Source: Flavobacteriaceae bacterium (GTDB lineage: Bacteria > Bacteroidota > Bacteroidia > Flavobacteriales > Flavobacteriaceae). Taken from it: a stretch of 32,000 nt of DNA. Of the stretch, positions 18,852 to 28,625 are shown one piece after another. Where the stretch lies: positions 2,610,001 through 2,642,000 of the forward strand of contig OZ245049.1 in assembly GCA_965224465.1 (NCBI GenBank). Reading direction: 5' to 3'. Numbering within the stretch: position 1 is the stretch's first letter; each line of letters begins with the position of its first letter. The notes beneath the pieces were generated by a model that searched no databases, was not told the DNA's origin, and saw only the letters and a program-made list of their open reading frames with translations. A program made the translations under genes and the position numbers.

Positions 18852-18956
18852 GATCTCCTCTGATCTTCAATAATTAGCTCATCGTCCCCTCCAACTTTAA
18901 GGGATACTAATAATTTAAACGTAAGCAATTCGAAAAATAATGTTATTTGCAACCCG

Positions 18957-19119
18957 TACAAACCATACATTTCCAAGTAAAAGTATAGCAGTGGAATTAT
19001 TTTTTGTTTTAGTTAGCTGAAAAATGGATGGAAAGCCTTAGTTAACGTTCTGTTTTTTAACAACACTAGAACGTAAAATAGACTATTTATAGCTGTTATT
19101 TCGGATTGTAATTGGGTAT
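18957..19119 (+). repeat. Dispersed intergenic repeat, copy H (long, diverged)
   Basis: tacaaaccatacatttccaagtaaaag...ttttttgttttagttagctgaaaaatggatggaaagccttagttaacgttctgttttttaacaacactagaacgtaaaatagactatttatagctgttatttcggattgtaattgggtat. It ends 2 nt before the stop codon of the minus-strand gene at 19122. Confidence 0.8.
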
Positions 19120-19121
19120 AA

Positions 19122-20378
19122 TTACCTAAACATCGCCTCACTATTCCCGTTCCCTACACCGATCACAGCATCGTATCTACTCCCAAATTTTCGATAATAC
19201 ACAAGCACTGTATATTGGTTTTCGGTTTGAAAGTAAGAACCATCTATATCTCTGTTGCTCAAAACACCGAATTTATTTTTGGTTAAAAATTGATAATTCA
19301 CAAAGCCTTGCTTGAGAAGAATTTTTACTTCGTACAATTGAGAATCATCATTGTATATCATTCTATTCTCATCGTTTAATTGCCAGTTATTAAAAGCACC
19401 ACTTACATATATTTCCTTCCCTTCTAAATCCTCCAAGGACTCTAAGTAAAAATGCACCCAAGAATAATCAGCTTCTAATTCGGTTCCTTTCCCATTGATA
19501 TTACGCACTACAAAATTACCATTCACATCAGGGAAATACGTATAAGGCTTTTCTATCCGTTCCTGGTTGGTATATAAATAGGTATGGTAAATCTCTTCAC
19601 CCAGTTCTACATTGGCAATAAATACTGTGGCATTTCTGATGGATTTGTTCTCAAAATTCAAAAACTCATTTCCTGCCCAAAAACTAGCTTTCTGATTGTA
19701 TTTATAAATCAATTGATTGTTTTTAAAATACATCGGCACAAATCCACCAATAGCGGTTTGCCAATTCTGATTTTGCAACACGGCTATTTTTATTTCTTCT
19801 TTAGGGTTATTGATTTGCACATTGGGATAATGAATCACAAAATTCACCGATTGTTTTTCTTGAATTGTTGCAATATCGTTACTACGCACAACCTGCACCC
19901 CTACATCCACAATAGATTGATACAACACAAATCTACGCGTAAAAACAACGGTATCATCATCATCAAAAACAGACAATACAAAGTTGCCACTTATTTTTAT
20001 TTGCGTCACTTTATTGGGCAAGGTAAATTGATAATGCGTATAATATTGCAAGGTATTAAACGAGTTTTCATAGCTACGAATGTGATCTTCTTCATAGCCA
20101 ACAATAAACTCGGAGGTCAACAAATCAGATTTTGTCCAATCGTACTTATAATGTTCAATTTTATAATAGTAATCTTTTTCATCTGCTTCAATATCGTCAA
20201 ACGAAATCACTAAAGGCGTTCCTAGTTTAGCAATGGGCGCATAGACATTTGCAATGGCAGGTCTAAAAATTACGGTTTTAATATATTCGGCATCATTCTC
20301 TTCAATATAGGATTGGGCAGAACCCAATTGCAAAAATAAAACAGAAAAAAACGAAGACAGTAGATATTTATAATTCAT
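19122..20378 (-). CDS. DUF5103-like secreted protein (candidate type IX secretion system plug-protein family)
   Basis: 418 aa with a signal peptide (FSVLFLQLGSAQS). LVISFDDIEADEKDYYYKIEHYKYDWTKSDL resembles, as I recall it, the DUF5103 signature. The CDS call is solid. The family assignment comes from memory. Confidence 0.6.
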   Translation of the reverse strand: MNYKYLLSSFFSVLFLQLGSAQSYIEENDAEYIKTVIFRPAIANVYAPIAKLGTPLVISFDDIEADEKDYYYKIEHYKYDWTKSDLLTSEFIVGYEEDHIRSYENSFNTLQYYTHYQFTLPNKVTQIKISGNFVLSVFDDDDTVVFTRRFVLYQSIVDVGVQVVRSNDIATIQEKQSVNFVIHYPNVQINNPKEEIKIAVLQNQNWQTAIGGFVPMYFKNNQLIYKYNQKASFWAGNEFLNFENKSIRNATVFIANVELGEEIYHTYLYTNQERIEKPYTYFPDVNGNFVVRNINGKGTELEADYSWVHFYLESLEDLEGKEIYVSGAFNNWQLNDENRMIYNDDSQLYEVKILLKQGFVNYQFLTKNKFGVLSNRDIDGSYFQTENQYTVLVYYRKFGSRYDAVIGVGNGNSEAMFR

Positions 20379-20520
20379 GCGATTGTATTTTAAATAGAAT
20401 AAGGGGCAGCCATTAGGCTAAAATAAGGTTTAATTTTGATAAAACGAACTAAACCCTCCTAAGCGTACTATTGTTGCGTAAATAAACCAAAAATAGTACC
20501 AAAAAGAGCTAATAAATTCA

Positions 20521-20528
20521 TATTTTTG
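20521..20528 (+). promoter_or_regulatory. Candidate -7 promoter box (TAttTTTG) for the nqr operon
   Basis: tatttttg matches TAnnTTTG and lies 35 nt upstream of the nqrA ATG. I saw no clean -33 TTTG. Confidence 0.35.
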
Positions 20529-20562
20529 CAAAGTTTTTTAGGACTTAAAAATTATTTTAAAT

Positions 20563-21912
20563 ATGTCACAAGACATTCGAATCAAAAAAGGCTTAACTAT
20601 TAAGCTTACTGGAGACGCAGAGGAATCAATTTCTGACGCACCACTTTCGAAGGTCTTCGCAATTAAACCAACCGATCTTTTGGGAGTAACACCCAAATTA
20701 TCAGTACGTGTTGGGGATAAAGTAAAAGCAGGAACTGTTTTATTTTATTCAAAAGCTGAGGAGCGCATCAAGGTGCTAGCCCCAGTAAGCGGAGAAATTC
20801 TTAATATTGAACGTGGAGCAAAGCGAAAAATTTTAACTGTACAAATTAGTACAGATGCAGCAATCGAACACATCGATTTTGGCGCAAAGAACCCCAAAGA
20901 TCTTACTTCTGACGAAGTAAAAGCACAGCTATTAGCAGGTGGATGTTGGCCTTTTATCCAACAACGCCCCTATGATGTGATGGCAAATCCAGACGAATCG
21001 CCAAAAGCGATATTTGTATCTGCCCTCGACACAGCACCTTTAGCAGGTGATGTAGCTTTTGCTTTGAACAATCAGAAAGAAGCTTTTCAAGTTGGTATTA
21101 CGGCCTTGTCCCAGTTGACAACAGGCAAAGTAAACCTAGCTGTTTGTGGAAAATCTGTATCGTTTTTAAACGATATAAACGATGCTGAAATCATAAAAGT
21201 TACGGGGAAACATCCAGCAGGAAATGTTGGAGTACAAATTCACCATGTAAACCCCGTAAACCAAGGAGAACGTGTTTGGACCGTAAACCCACAAGATGTA
21301 GCTGTAATAGGAAACTTGTTTTTAACAGGTAAATTTGAACCAAAAAGGGTGATTGCCCTTGTAGGATCTCAGGTAACATCTCCAAAATATTACAACATGT
21401 TACAAGGGGCTAATCTTGAAGCCTTTTTAACTGAAAACATCACGGTAGAAAACAGTCGAATAATCAACGGAAATGTATTGTCTGGTACTCAAGTTGCTAT
21501 AGACGGATATTTAGATTTTAAATCTACATCTATCTCGGTAATTCCAGAAGGAAACCACCACACACTATTTGGATGGGCTCCGTTTGCAGGATCAAAGAAA
21601 TTCAGCATGTACCGTTCTGCTTTATCATTCTTATCGCCTAACAAAAAATACACTTTAGACACCAATTTAAATGGAGAAGAGCGTGCTTTTGTAATGACAG
21701 GTGAAATGGAAAAAGTATTGCCAATGGATATTTTACCAATGCACTTATTAAAAGCGGCAATGGTGGGAGACATCGAAAAGATGGAAGCTTTAGGAATCTA
21801 CGAAGTAGCTCCAGAAGATTTCGCTTTGATCGATTATTCAAGTTCTTCAAAAATTGAAGCACAGCAAATTATACGAACCGCATTAGATTTAATGGTTAAA
21901 GAAGTAGGATAA
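20563..21912 (+). CDS. nqrA: Na+-translocating NADH:quinone oxidoreductase subunit A
   Basis: 449 aa. The N-terminus IRIKKGLTIKLTG is typical of NqrA. It is the first gene of a contiguous nqrABCDEF array. Confidence 0.9.
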   Translation: MSQDIRIKKGLTIKLTGDAEESISDAPLSKVFAIKPTDLLGVTPKLSVRVGDKVKAGTVLFYSKAEERIKVLAPVSGEILNIERGAKRKILTVQISTDAAIEHIDFGAKNPKDLTSDEVKAQLLAGGCWPFIQQRPYDVMANPDESPKAIFVSALDTAPLAGDVAFALNNQKEAFQVGITALSQLTTGKVNLAVCGKSVSFLNDINDAEIIKVTGKHPAGNVGVQIHHVNPVNQGERVWTVNPQDVAVIGNLFLTGKFEPKRVIALVGSQVTSPKYYNMLQGANLEAFLTENITVENSRIINGNVLSGTQVAIDGYLDFKSTSISVIPEGNHHTLFGWAPFAGSKKFSMYRSALSFLSPNKKYTLDTNLNGEERAFVMTGEMEKVLPMDILPMHLLKAAMVGDIEKMEALGIYEVAPEDFALIDYSSSSKIEAQQIIRTALDLMVKEVG

Positions 21913-23054
21913 TGGGACTAAATAAAATAATGGAAAAATACAGACCTCTTTTTAGAAAAGGTGGAACGTACGAAAAATTTGCCCCAGCGTTTAATGGGAT
22001 TGATACATTTTTGTTTGTACCTAATCATACAACAAAAACGGGAGCACATATTCGTGATGCGGTAGATTTAAAACGCGTAATGATTATTGTAGTGATGGCA
22101 TTATTGCCAGCGATGTTTTTTGGAATGTGGAATATTGGATACCAACATTTTTCACAATTAGGAGAAGCCACTGCATTTATGGACATGATGCTTTACGGAG
22201 CCTTCAAATTCTTACCAATGTTGCTCGTTTCTTACGGTGTTGGATTGGGAATTGAATTTGCATTTGCGATATACCGTGGACATGATATTAACGAAGGATA
22301 TTTAGTTTCAGGAATGTTAATTCCTTTAATTATGCCTGTTGATTTACCTTTATGGATGCTTGCCATCGCAGTAATCTTTGCCGTTATTATAGGTAAAGAA
22401 GCCTTTGGAGGAACAGGAATGAACATCTTAAATCCAGCTTTAGTAGCAAGGGCCTTTGCTTTTTTCTCTTATGCACCTAGCATGAGTGGAGATAAAGTAT
22501 GGGTAGCAGACGCATCTGTTGTAGATGGTATTTCTGGAGAAACTATATTGGGACAATTAGCGGCAGGCGCCGACACATCTGCCACAAGTGTGATGGATAT
22601 GTTTATGGGATATATGCCAGGATCCATTGGAGAAACTTCTGTATTAATGATATTAATAGGAGCGGCATTTTTAATCTTTACTGGAATTGCAAGTTGGAGA
22701 ATTATGGTAGCAGGAGTTATTGGAGCAGCCCTCACCGGCTTGATGTTTAATACACTTGGACTAAATGCATTGATGAATTTCCCATGGTGGCAACACTTAT
22801 TGGTAGGAGGTTTTGCTTTTGGTATTGTATTTATGGCTACAGATCCTGTAACCGCAGCACAAACCAATACAGGAAAATGGATTTACGGATTCCTCATCGG
22901 ATTTTTCGCCATTATGGTACGTGTCTTTAATGGTGCATACCCAGAAGGAATGATGATGGCTATTTTATTAATGAACGTGTTTGCACCTTATATAGATCAC
23001 TATGTAATTCAAGCAAATGTAAAACGAAGATTAAAACGTTTAAAAACCGCATAA
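21912..23054 (+). CDS. nqrB: Na+-NQR subunit B
   Basis: Polytopic membrane protein with the FMN-attachment-type motif DGISGETILG. Its start overlaps the nqrA stop (TAATG). Confidence 0.9.
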   Translation: MGLNKIMEKYRPLFRKGGTYEKFAPAFNGIDTFLFVPNHTTKTGAHIRDAVDLKRVMIIVVMALLPAMFFGMWNIGYQHFSQLGEATAFMDMMLYGAFKFLPMLLVSYGVGLGIEFAFAIYRGHDINEGYLVSGMLIPLIMPVDLPLWMLAIAVIFAVIIGKEAFGGTGMNILNPALVARAFAFFSYAPSMSGDKVWVADASVVDGISGETILGQLAAGADTSATSVMDMFMGYMPGSIGETSVLMILIGAAFLIFTGIASWRIMVAGVIGAALTGLMFNTLGLNALMNFPWWQHLLVGGFAFGIVFMATDPVTAAQTNTGKWIYGFLIGFFAIMVRVFNGAYPEGMMMAILLMNVFAPYIDHYVIQANVKRRLKRLKTA

Positions 23055-23056
23055 TT

Positions 23057-23752
23057 ATGGATAGAAATAGCAATGCATATACGTTTCTTTTTGCCATCAT
23101 TATGGTAATTGTACTAGGAGCATCTTTAGCTTTTATTGCAGAAAACACCAAAGAGGCAAGAAAACGTAACGTAGAATTAGAGAAAAAACAAAACATACTT
23201 TCCGCAATTGGAGTGAATGTAGACAGAGATCAAGCAGAAATTGATTTTGATTCATATATCAAAAAGAAGCTTACTGTAAAAACTGATGGAAGTATAGACA
23301 CCAAGGTTGATGCTTTTTACATCTCATTAAAAAAAGAAGTAAAAAGACCTGCAGCGGATCAAAGTTTACCACTTTATATCGCAGAAAAAGATGGCAAAAC
23401 CTATTATATCGTTCCTTTATACGGCGCTGGATTATGGGATGCTATTTGGGGGTATATAGGATTAGATGTTGATGAAAACACAATTATTGGTGCTGTATTT
23501 GATCACAAAGGAGAGACCGCAGGTTTAGGAGCCGAAATCAACCAAAGTTGGTTTGAAGACCAATTTATTGGAGACAAGATCATGGACAAAAACGGAAAAT
23601 TTGTTTCTGTAAAAGCCATTAAAGGAGGTGCACAAATAGATGATGTACACGGGGTGGATGCTATCTCTGGAGGAACCATAACTTCTGACGGTGTTACAAA
23701 CATGGTTCAAGAAAGATTATCAAAATATATACCCTATTTTAAAAATAACTAA
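23057..23752 (+). CDS. nqrC: Na+-NQR subunit C
   Basis: Single N-terminal TM segment, an FMN_bind-type domain and the motif [10 protein letters not shown] (covalent-FMN threonine context). Confidence 0.9.
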   Translation: MDRNSNAYTFLFAIIMVIVLGASLAFIAENTKEARKRNVELEKKQNILSAIGVNVDRDQAEIDFDSYIKKKLTVKTDGSIDTKVDAFYISLKKEVKRPAADQSLPLYIAEKDGKTYYIVPLYGAGLWDAIWGYIGLDVDENTIIGAVFDHKGETAGLGAEINQSWFEDQFIGDKIMDKNGKFVSVKAIKGGAQIDDVHGVDAISGGTITSDGVTNMVQERLSKYIPYFKNN

Positions 23753-23754
23753 TC

Positions 23755-24426
23755 ATGGCAGCAAAAAAAGAAGCTTTGTTATCAAAGCAAAATAGAAAAT
23801 TGTTATCAGATCCATTAAATGATAACAATCCGATTGCTGTTCAAGTTTTAGGAATTTGTTCGGCATTAGCAATTACGGTACAATTAAAACCAGCGATCGT
23901 AATGTCTATCGCAGTTATTTTTGTGGTAGCTGCTAGTAATGTTATTGTATCCTTGTTACGTAATTTGATTCCAAATCGTATTCGTATCATCGTACAATTG
24001 TTAATCGTTGCATCCTTAGTAATTATAGTAGATTTATCCTTACAAGCGTACGCTTATGATGTGAGTAAAGAGCTCTCTATTTTCGTAGGACTTATTATTA
24101 CTAACTGTATTATTATGGGACGTCTAGAGGCCTTTGCCTTAGCAAATACTCCTTGGAAATCTTTCTTAGATGGAATTGGAAACGGAGCTGGGTATGGTGT
24201 CATCTTAATCATCATCGCATTTTTCAGAGAGTTATTAGGTTCTGGTAAACTATTAGGATTTGAGATTTTAGGACACAATGGTAAAACATTGGCAGATTCA
24301 ACAGGATTATATGCCATGGGATACGAGAACAATGGTTTCATGTTATTATCGCCTATGGCATTAATTACTATGGGAATCATTATTTGGATCCAACGTTCTA
24401 AAAACAGAAAATTAATCGAGAAATAA
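23755..24426 (+). CDS. nqrD: Na+-NQR subunit D
   Basis: [19 protein letters not shown] and the Rnf/Nqr D-E family topology. Confidence 0.9.
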   Translation: MAAKKEALLSKQNRKLLSDPLNDNNPIAVQVLGICSALAITVQLKPAIVMSIAVIFVVAASNVIVSLLRNLIPNRIRIIVQLLIVASLVIIVDLSLQAYAYDVSKELSIFVGLIITNCIIMGRLEAFALANTPWKSFLDGIGNGAGYGVILIIIAFFRELLGSGKLLGFEILGHNGKTLADSTGLYAMGYENNGFMLLSPMALITMGIIIWIQRSKNRKLIEK

Positions 24427-24435
24427 GAAAAAGAT

Positions 24436-25053
24436 ATGGAAGAATTAATTAGTTTATTTATAAAAAGTATCTTTATTGATAACATGGTATTTGCATATTT
24501 TTTAGGAATGTGTTCTTACTTAGCAGTATCAAAAACAGTAGATACTGCTGCAGGAATGGGAGCGGCTGTAGTATTTGTACTCGCCATCACTGTACCTGCC
24601 AACTACTTGTTAAACGAGTATATTTTACAAGAAGGAGCTTTGTCTTGGTTAGGCGCAGAATATGCGAGCTATGACTTAAGTTTCTTGAGTTATATTATGT
24701 TTATCTCTGTGATTGCATCTATGGTACAATTGGTAGAAATGATTATTGAACGTTTTGCACCCGCATTATACGGTCAGTTAGGAATATTTTTACCTTTAAT
24801 CGCCGTAAACTGTGCCATCTTAGGAGGGTCGTTATTTATGCAACAAAAGGATTTTAACACCGTAACTGAGTCAGCCGTATTTGGCATTGGTTCAGGTATT
24901 GGATGGTTTTTAGCCATTGTAGCCATTGCTGCGATTCGCGAAAAAATTGCCTATTCAAATGTACCTGCACCTTTAAAAGGATTGGGAATTACTTTTATCA
25001 TTACTGGTTTAATGGCAATTGGATTTTTAAGTTTCTCAGGAATTAAAATTTAA
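24436..25053 (+). CDS. nqrE: Na+-NQR subunit E
   Basis: [29 protein letters not shown] is the canonical NqrE N-terminus. Confidence 0.9.
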   Translation: MEELISLFIKSIFIDNMVFAYFLGMCSYLAVSKTVDTAAGMGAAVVFVLAITVPANYLLNEYILQEGALSWLGAEYASYDLSFLSYIMFISVIASMVQLVEMIIERFAPALYGQLGIFLPLIAVNCAILGGSLFMQQKDFNTVTESAVFGIGSGIGWFLAIVAIAAIREKIAYSNVPAPLKGLGITFIITGLMAIGFLSFSGIKI

Positions 25054-25069
25054 TTAGAAAAATAAGATT

Positions 25070-26362
25070 ATGAGTATTATTGTAGCAAGTGTCGTATTTT
25101 TCTTAGCGATCATATTAGTTTTAGTAACTATTTTATTAGTAGCAAAGGCCAAGCTGCTGCCATCTGGTAAAGTAAAGATTACAATCAACGGAGAGAAAGT
25201 AATAGAAGTAGAATCTGGAAGTTCTTTATTGACAACCTTAGGAAACGAAAAGATATTTTTACCATCAGCATGTGGTGGTGGAGGTACCTGTATCCAATGT
25301 GAATGTCACGTAAATAGTGGAGGTGGAGACGCCTTACCTACAGAAACGCCACACTTTACACGAAAAGAATTGGCAGCTGGAGCACGTTTATCTTGTCAGG
25401 TAAAAGTAAAAGGAGACATGGATATTACCATTCCAGACGAAATTTTTGGAATTAAGAAATGGGAAGCAACTGTAGTTAGTAACTACAATGTAGCATCATT
25501 TATCAAGGAATTTATAGTTGAATTACCCGAAGATATGCCTTATAAAGCAGGTGGATATATCCAAATTGAAATTCCAGAAACGGAAGTTAAATTTAAGGAC
25601 ATGGACATTACTGCACATCCTCAAGATCACCCAGGAGAACCTCAAAAGTTCCAAGCAGAATGGGATAAATTTGGATTATGGCCTTTGGTAATGAAAAACG
25701 GAGAAAGTGTAGAAAGAGCATATTCTATGGCTTCCTACCCTGCAGAAGGACGTAAAGTTATGCTTAATGTTCGGATTGCAACACCTCCTTTTGACAGAGC
25801 TAAAAACGGATGGATGGATGTAAACCCTGGGATTGCATCATCGTATATCTTTAACCAAAAGCCAGGAGACAAAGTAATTGTTTCTGGTCCTTATGGAGAA
25901 TTCTTTATCAATGAAGATTCTGATGCTGAAATGATTTATGTAGGTGGTGGAGCTGGTATGGCGCCAATGCGTTCTCACTTATACGAATTGTTCCACACCA
26001 TGAAAACAGGTCGTAAAGTATCGTACTGGTACGGAGGTCGTTCGAAACGTGAGCTATTCTACTTGCACTATTTTGAAGCTTTAGAGAAGGAATTCCCTAA
26101 CTTTAAAATGCACTTAGTATTAAGTGAACCAATGAAAGAAGACAACTGGAAAGTAAAAGGAGATATTGATGCAGAAGGGGATGGATTCGTAGGATTTGTT
26201 CACCAATCATTAATTGATAACTATTTGAGCAAACACGAAGCTCCTGAGGATATCGAATTCTATTTCTGTGGACCACCACTAATGAACCAAGCCGTTGTTA
26301 AAATGTGTGATGACTTTGGTGTACCACCAGAGAATGTACGTTTTGATGATTTTGGAGGATAA
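25070..26362 (+). CDS. nqrF: Na+-NQR subunit F
   Basis: N-terminal TM helix, 2Fe-2S ferredoxin motif [12 protein letters not shown]...C, FAD-binding RAYSMAS and NAD-binding GGGAGMAP. Confidence 0.92.
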   Translation: MSIIVASVVFFLAIILVLVTILLVAKAKLLPSGKVKITINGEKVIEVESGSSLLTTLGNEKIFLPSACGGGGTCIQCECHVNSGGGDALPTETPHFTRKELAAGARLSCQVKVKGDMDITIPDEIFGIKKWEATVVSNYNVASFIKEFIVELPEDMPYKAGGYIQIEIPETEVKFKDMDITAHPQDHPGEPQKFQAEWDKFGLWPLVMKNGESVERAYSMASYPAEGRKVMLNVRIATPPFDRAKNGWMDVNPGIASSYIFNQKPGDKVIVSGPYGEFFINEDSDAEMIYVGGGAGMAPMRSHLYELFHTMKTGRKVSYWYGGRSKRELFYLHYFEALEKEFPNFKMHLVLSEPMKEDNWKVKGDIDAEGDGFVGFVHQSLIDNYLSKHEAPEDIEFYFCGPPLMNQAVVKMCDDFGVPPENVRFDDFGG

Positions 26363-26389
26363 GAATCTTAGAAAACATAGTTTTAAAAA

Positions 26390-26418
26390 CCGATGCTCCA
26401 GTAGCATCGGTTTTTTTT
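26390..26418 (+). terminator. Rho-independent terminator of the nqr operon
   Basis: Stem ccgatgct / agcatcgg with loop ccagt, followed by tttttttt. It lies 28 nt after the nqrF stop. Confidence 0.85.
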
Positions 26419-26438
26419 ATGAAATAAAGAATTAAAAG

Positions 26439-26475
26439 ACATTACTAAGTGAAGGTTTAGAAATGTATTTGGTAT
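26439..26475. repeat. Fragment related to the 5' end of the dispersed repeat
   Basis: acattactaagtgaaggtttagaaatg resembles acattaccaagtgacggtttagaaatg of the full copies. The next bases, gaaatgtatttggtat, are the reverse complement of the repeat 5' terminus ataccaaatacatttc. Confidence 0.5.
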
Positions 26476-26661
26476 TACTGGTAAAAAAACCACAACAAAG
26501 TAAATCACAAACAAATTGGCATACAAACACATACAATCTTTAACAATTCTCAAAAACTTATCGTCCCTAAACAGTTCTTTATCGGGCTAGCCATGTTCTT
26601 TAACGAAAAAAACAGCTATAAATGCCTAGAAAATAAGACTTTCGAGTACTAAATCGCTTTT

Positions 26662-27108
26662 ATGAAATCAGAAAAAATCCTAAAAATACTACTTGTAGAA
26701 GACAATCCTTTTGAAGTATTTAAGTTTAAAAAAAATATTAATTCCTTAAACATAGATTGTCATGTAGCACATACAACACATGGAAGACAAGCTATAGAAA
26801 GTTTACAAACCGAACATTTACCGGATCTTATTTTATTAGACCTAGAGATGCCTAAATTACGCAGTTTACAATTCTTGAAAATCATAAAAGAGTATGAACA
26901 TCTAAAAAACATACCCACTTTTATACATGCTTCACATATCGGACAACAAGAGCTTTCGAAATGTTTCAAACTTGGTATTGCAGGATTTATTATTAAAACC
27001 GCCGTTCACAAAGATTATATTCAAGACCTAGAAGACACATTAACCACATGGTATAACAAAATAACATTACCTGAAGTGATCCAAGCTCGAATGTTGTGGA
27101 ATTACTAA
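26662..27108 (+). CDS. Stand-alone response-regulator receiver domain (CheY-like)
   Basis: ILLVEDNPFE, DLILLDLEMPKL (phospho-acceptor Asp context) and a conserved Lys in GFIIKT. At 148 aa it has no output domain. Confidence 0.8.
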   Translation: MKSEKILKILLVEDNPFEVFKFKKNINSLNIDCHVAHTTHGRQAIESLQTEHLPDLILLDLEMPKLRSLQFLKIIKEYEHLKNIPTFIHASHIGQQELSKCFKLGIAGFIIKTAVHKDYIQDLEDTLTTWYNKITLPEVIQARMLWNY

Positions 27109-27403
27109 AATAACAAAAAATATTTTCAAAACAGATTACGCTTCAAATATTCCATAAGCTTCGCACTAAAAACAGAAGCGCAACTCCAGAAAACACATCT
27201 GTCAAGCGTCCTAAAAAAGCATGAAACCTAGGCAACTAGACAGTCCTAAAATAAAACTTAGAAAGACGAAGTGCATAGATCACATTTAAGCATTTTTGAT
27301 AATTATGTCGATATAGGTTCTAATCTAAGTAAAATCATCGCTGTAAACCCCTCGTCACCAACATAAACGACTAATAAACTACAATCAAAGATAATCAATG
27401 CTG

Positions 27404-28520
27404 AATTCAAGTCACAAACGCAACTTTTAGTTAAATAATAATTGTTCCATTACAAATATAGGGTTTTCGTATTTATGTCTCTTCCTAGGTCTGTTATTTA
27501 ATTTTGTTTCTACCTCTTTGATTCTTTGATCTGTTAGGTTTGTAAAGTCACTTCCTTTGGCAAAATATTGTCTAATCAAACCATTTAAATTTTCGTTAGA
27601 TCCTCTTTCCCAAGAGTGATATGGATGCGCAAAAAAGTAATCAATACATAAATTTTCTGCAACCTGCTCATGGCCTGCAAATTCTTTTCCATTATCAGCT
27701 GTTATAGTATGTAGATAAGGCTTCCAGTCTTCTAATATTTCATTGATAGCTTTGGTGACAACAACTGCTTCTTTAGAGCTTACTTTTTTCATTTTAAGCA
27801 TTCCAGAAGCTCTATCATTTACGGTAAGTATGGCTTGATTATGGTTTTTACCTATGATTAAATCGACCTCTAAATCTCCAAATCGATTTCTTTGTTCAAC
27901 AACTTCAGGTCGTTGTTCTATACTAATGCGATTCTTTATAACCCCTCTAGAATCCTTTGATGAGCCACGTTTTCTATATCTCCTTCCCTGTCTGCGAAGG
28001 TGTGTATGTAAATCACCATCATTCCTCTTGTCTTCCCTAATATGCTGATATATACGCTCAATAGACACCGTTTCTTTACCTTGTTTTTTTAGGATACCAA
28101 CTACTTGCTCAGGACTATAATCGTCTCGCAATAACAATTCTATTGCTTGTTGAATATCTTCTGTAAAGCGTTTTCTTTTAGGCTTTTCTTTATGACGTTT
28201 AGCATACTTTTTTTGGGCTAATTCATGCTTGTAAACTCCATTTCTTTTGTCTGAATTACGCTTAATCTCTTTGCTAATAACAGACTTGTCTTTTCCTATA
28301 GCAGCTGCTATCTCAACCTGTTTATAACCTTGTTTTAACATGCAGCAAATTGTGTATCTTTGTGCTTGGGTGATGTGTTTCATACAACTTCTTTTTTCGA
28401 GATTTGAGACCGTAAGATACATATCCATCAAGACAAGAAAGGTAGGTTTTCCTACTTTTCTGTTTTGAAAATATAACCATCATAGAATCAAATCGAAAAG
28501 TTGCGTTTATTAGTTGAATT
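27404..28520 (-). mobile_element. IS30-family insertion sequence (about 1.1 kb) with 25-bp imperfect terminal inverted repeats
   Basis: IR at 27404-27428 is aattcaagtcacaaacgcaactttt. The reverse complement of 28496-28520 is aattcaactaataaacgcaactttt, matching 22 of 25. The IRs enclose one IS30-type transposase ORF whose stop codon lies inside the left IR. I could not identify a clear target-site duplication. Confidence 0.8.
27427..28383 (-). CDS. IS30-family transposase
   Basis: N-terminal HTH (ITQAQRYTICCMLKQGYKQVEIAAAIGKDKSVISKEIKRN). DDE core blocks are FGDLEVDLIIGK, ITADNGKEF, FAHPYHSWERGSNENLNGLIRQYFAKG and LNNRPRK. Start set to the ATG at 28383 (MKHITQ...). Confidence 0.92.
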   Translation of the reverse strand: MKHITQAQRYTICCMLKQGYKQVEIAAAIGKDKSVISKEIKRNSDKRNGVYKHELAQKKYAKRHKEKPKRKRFTEDIQQAIELLLRDDYSPEQVVGILKKQGKETVSIERIYQHIREDKRNDGDLHTHLRRQGRRYRKRGSSKDSRGVIKNRISIEQRPEVVEQRNRFGDLEVDLIIGKNHNQAILTVNDRASGMLKMKKVSSKEAVVVTKAINEILEDWKPYLHTITADNGKEFAGHEQVAENLCIDYFFAHPYHSWERGSNENLNGLIRQYFAKGSDFTNLTDQRIKEVETKLNNRPRKRHKYENPIFVMEQLLFN

Positions 28521-28526
28521 TAAGAA

Positions 28527-28625
28527 TATAAATAGTTTGTACTTACGTTTTAGCGTTACTAAAAACTAAAACGATAAGTTAGGGCTACCCTTGTAGTTTT
28601 TTGGCATTAAGCTCATTCTAGGAAT
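28527..28625 (-). repeat. Dispersed intergenic repeat, copy J (reverse orientation, truncated, diverged)
   Basis: tataaatagtttgtacttacgttttagcgttac...aacgataagttagggctaccc...ttaagctcattctagg is collinear with the reverse complement of the long consensus (tataaatagtttgtttttcgttttaacgttg...aacgatagctaaggctatcc...ctagctagaacg). The part expected to its left is replaced by the IS30 end. Confidence 0.6.

Noticed and set aside
18737-18976. 79-aa minus-strand ORF in the convergent intergenic region
   Set aside because: It spans the end of repeat copy G, the 18817-18851 terminator and the start of copy H. It is most likely non-coding.
19584-20213. 209-aa ORF on the + strand
   Set aside because: It lies entirely antisense within the well-supported DUF5103-like CDS. 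The translation is low-complexity and Ile/Phe/Asn-rich, typical of a shadow ORF in AT-rich DNA.
22469-22867. 132-aa minus-strand ORF, plus the 22232..22426, 22499..22750 and 22960..23196 ORFs
   Set aside because: All overlap nqrB/nqrC, whose identity is unambiguous. They are shadow frames.
24054-24485. 143-aa minus-strand ORF
   Set aside because: Antisense to nqrD/nqrE, with no recognisable motifs.
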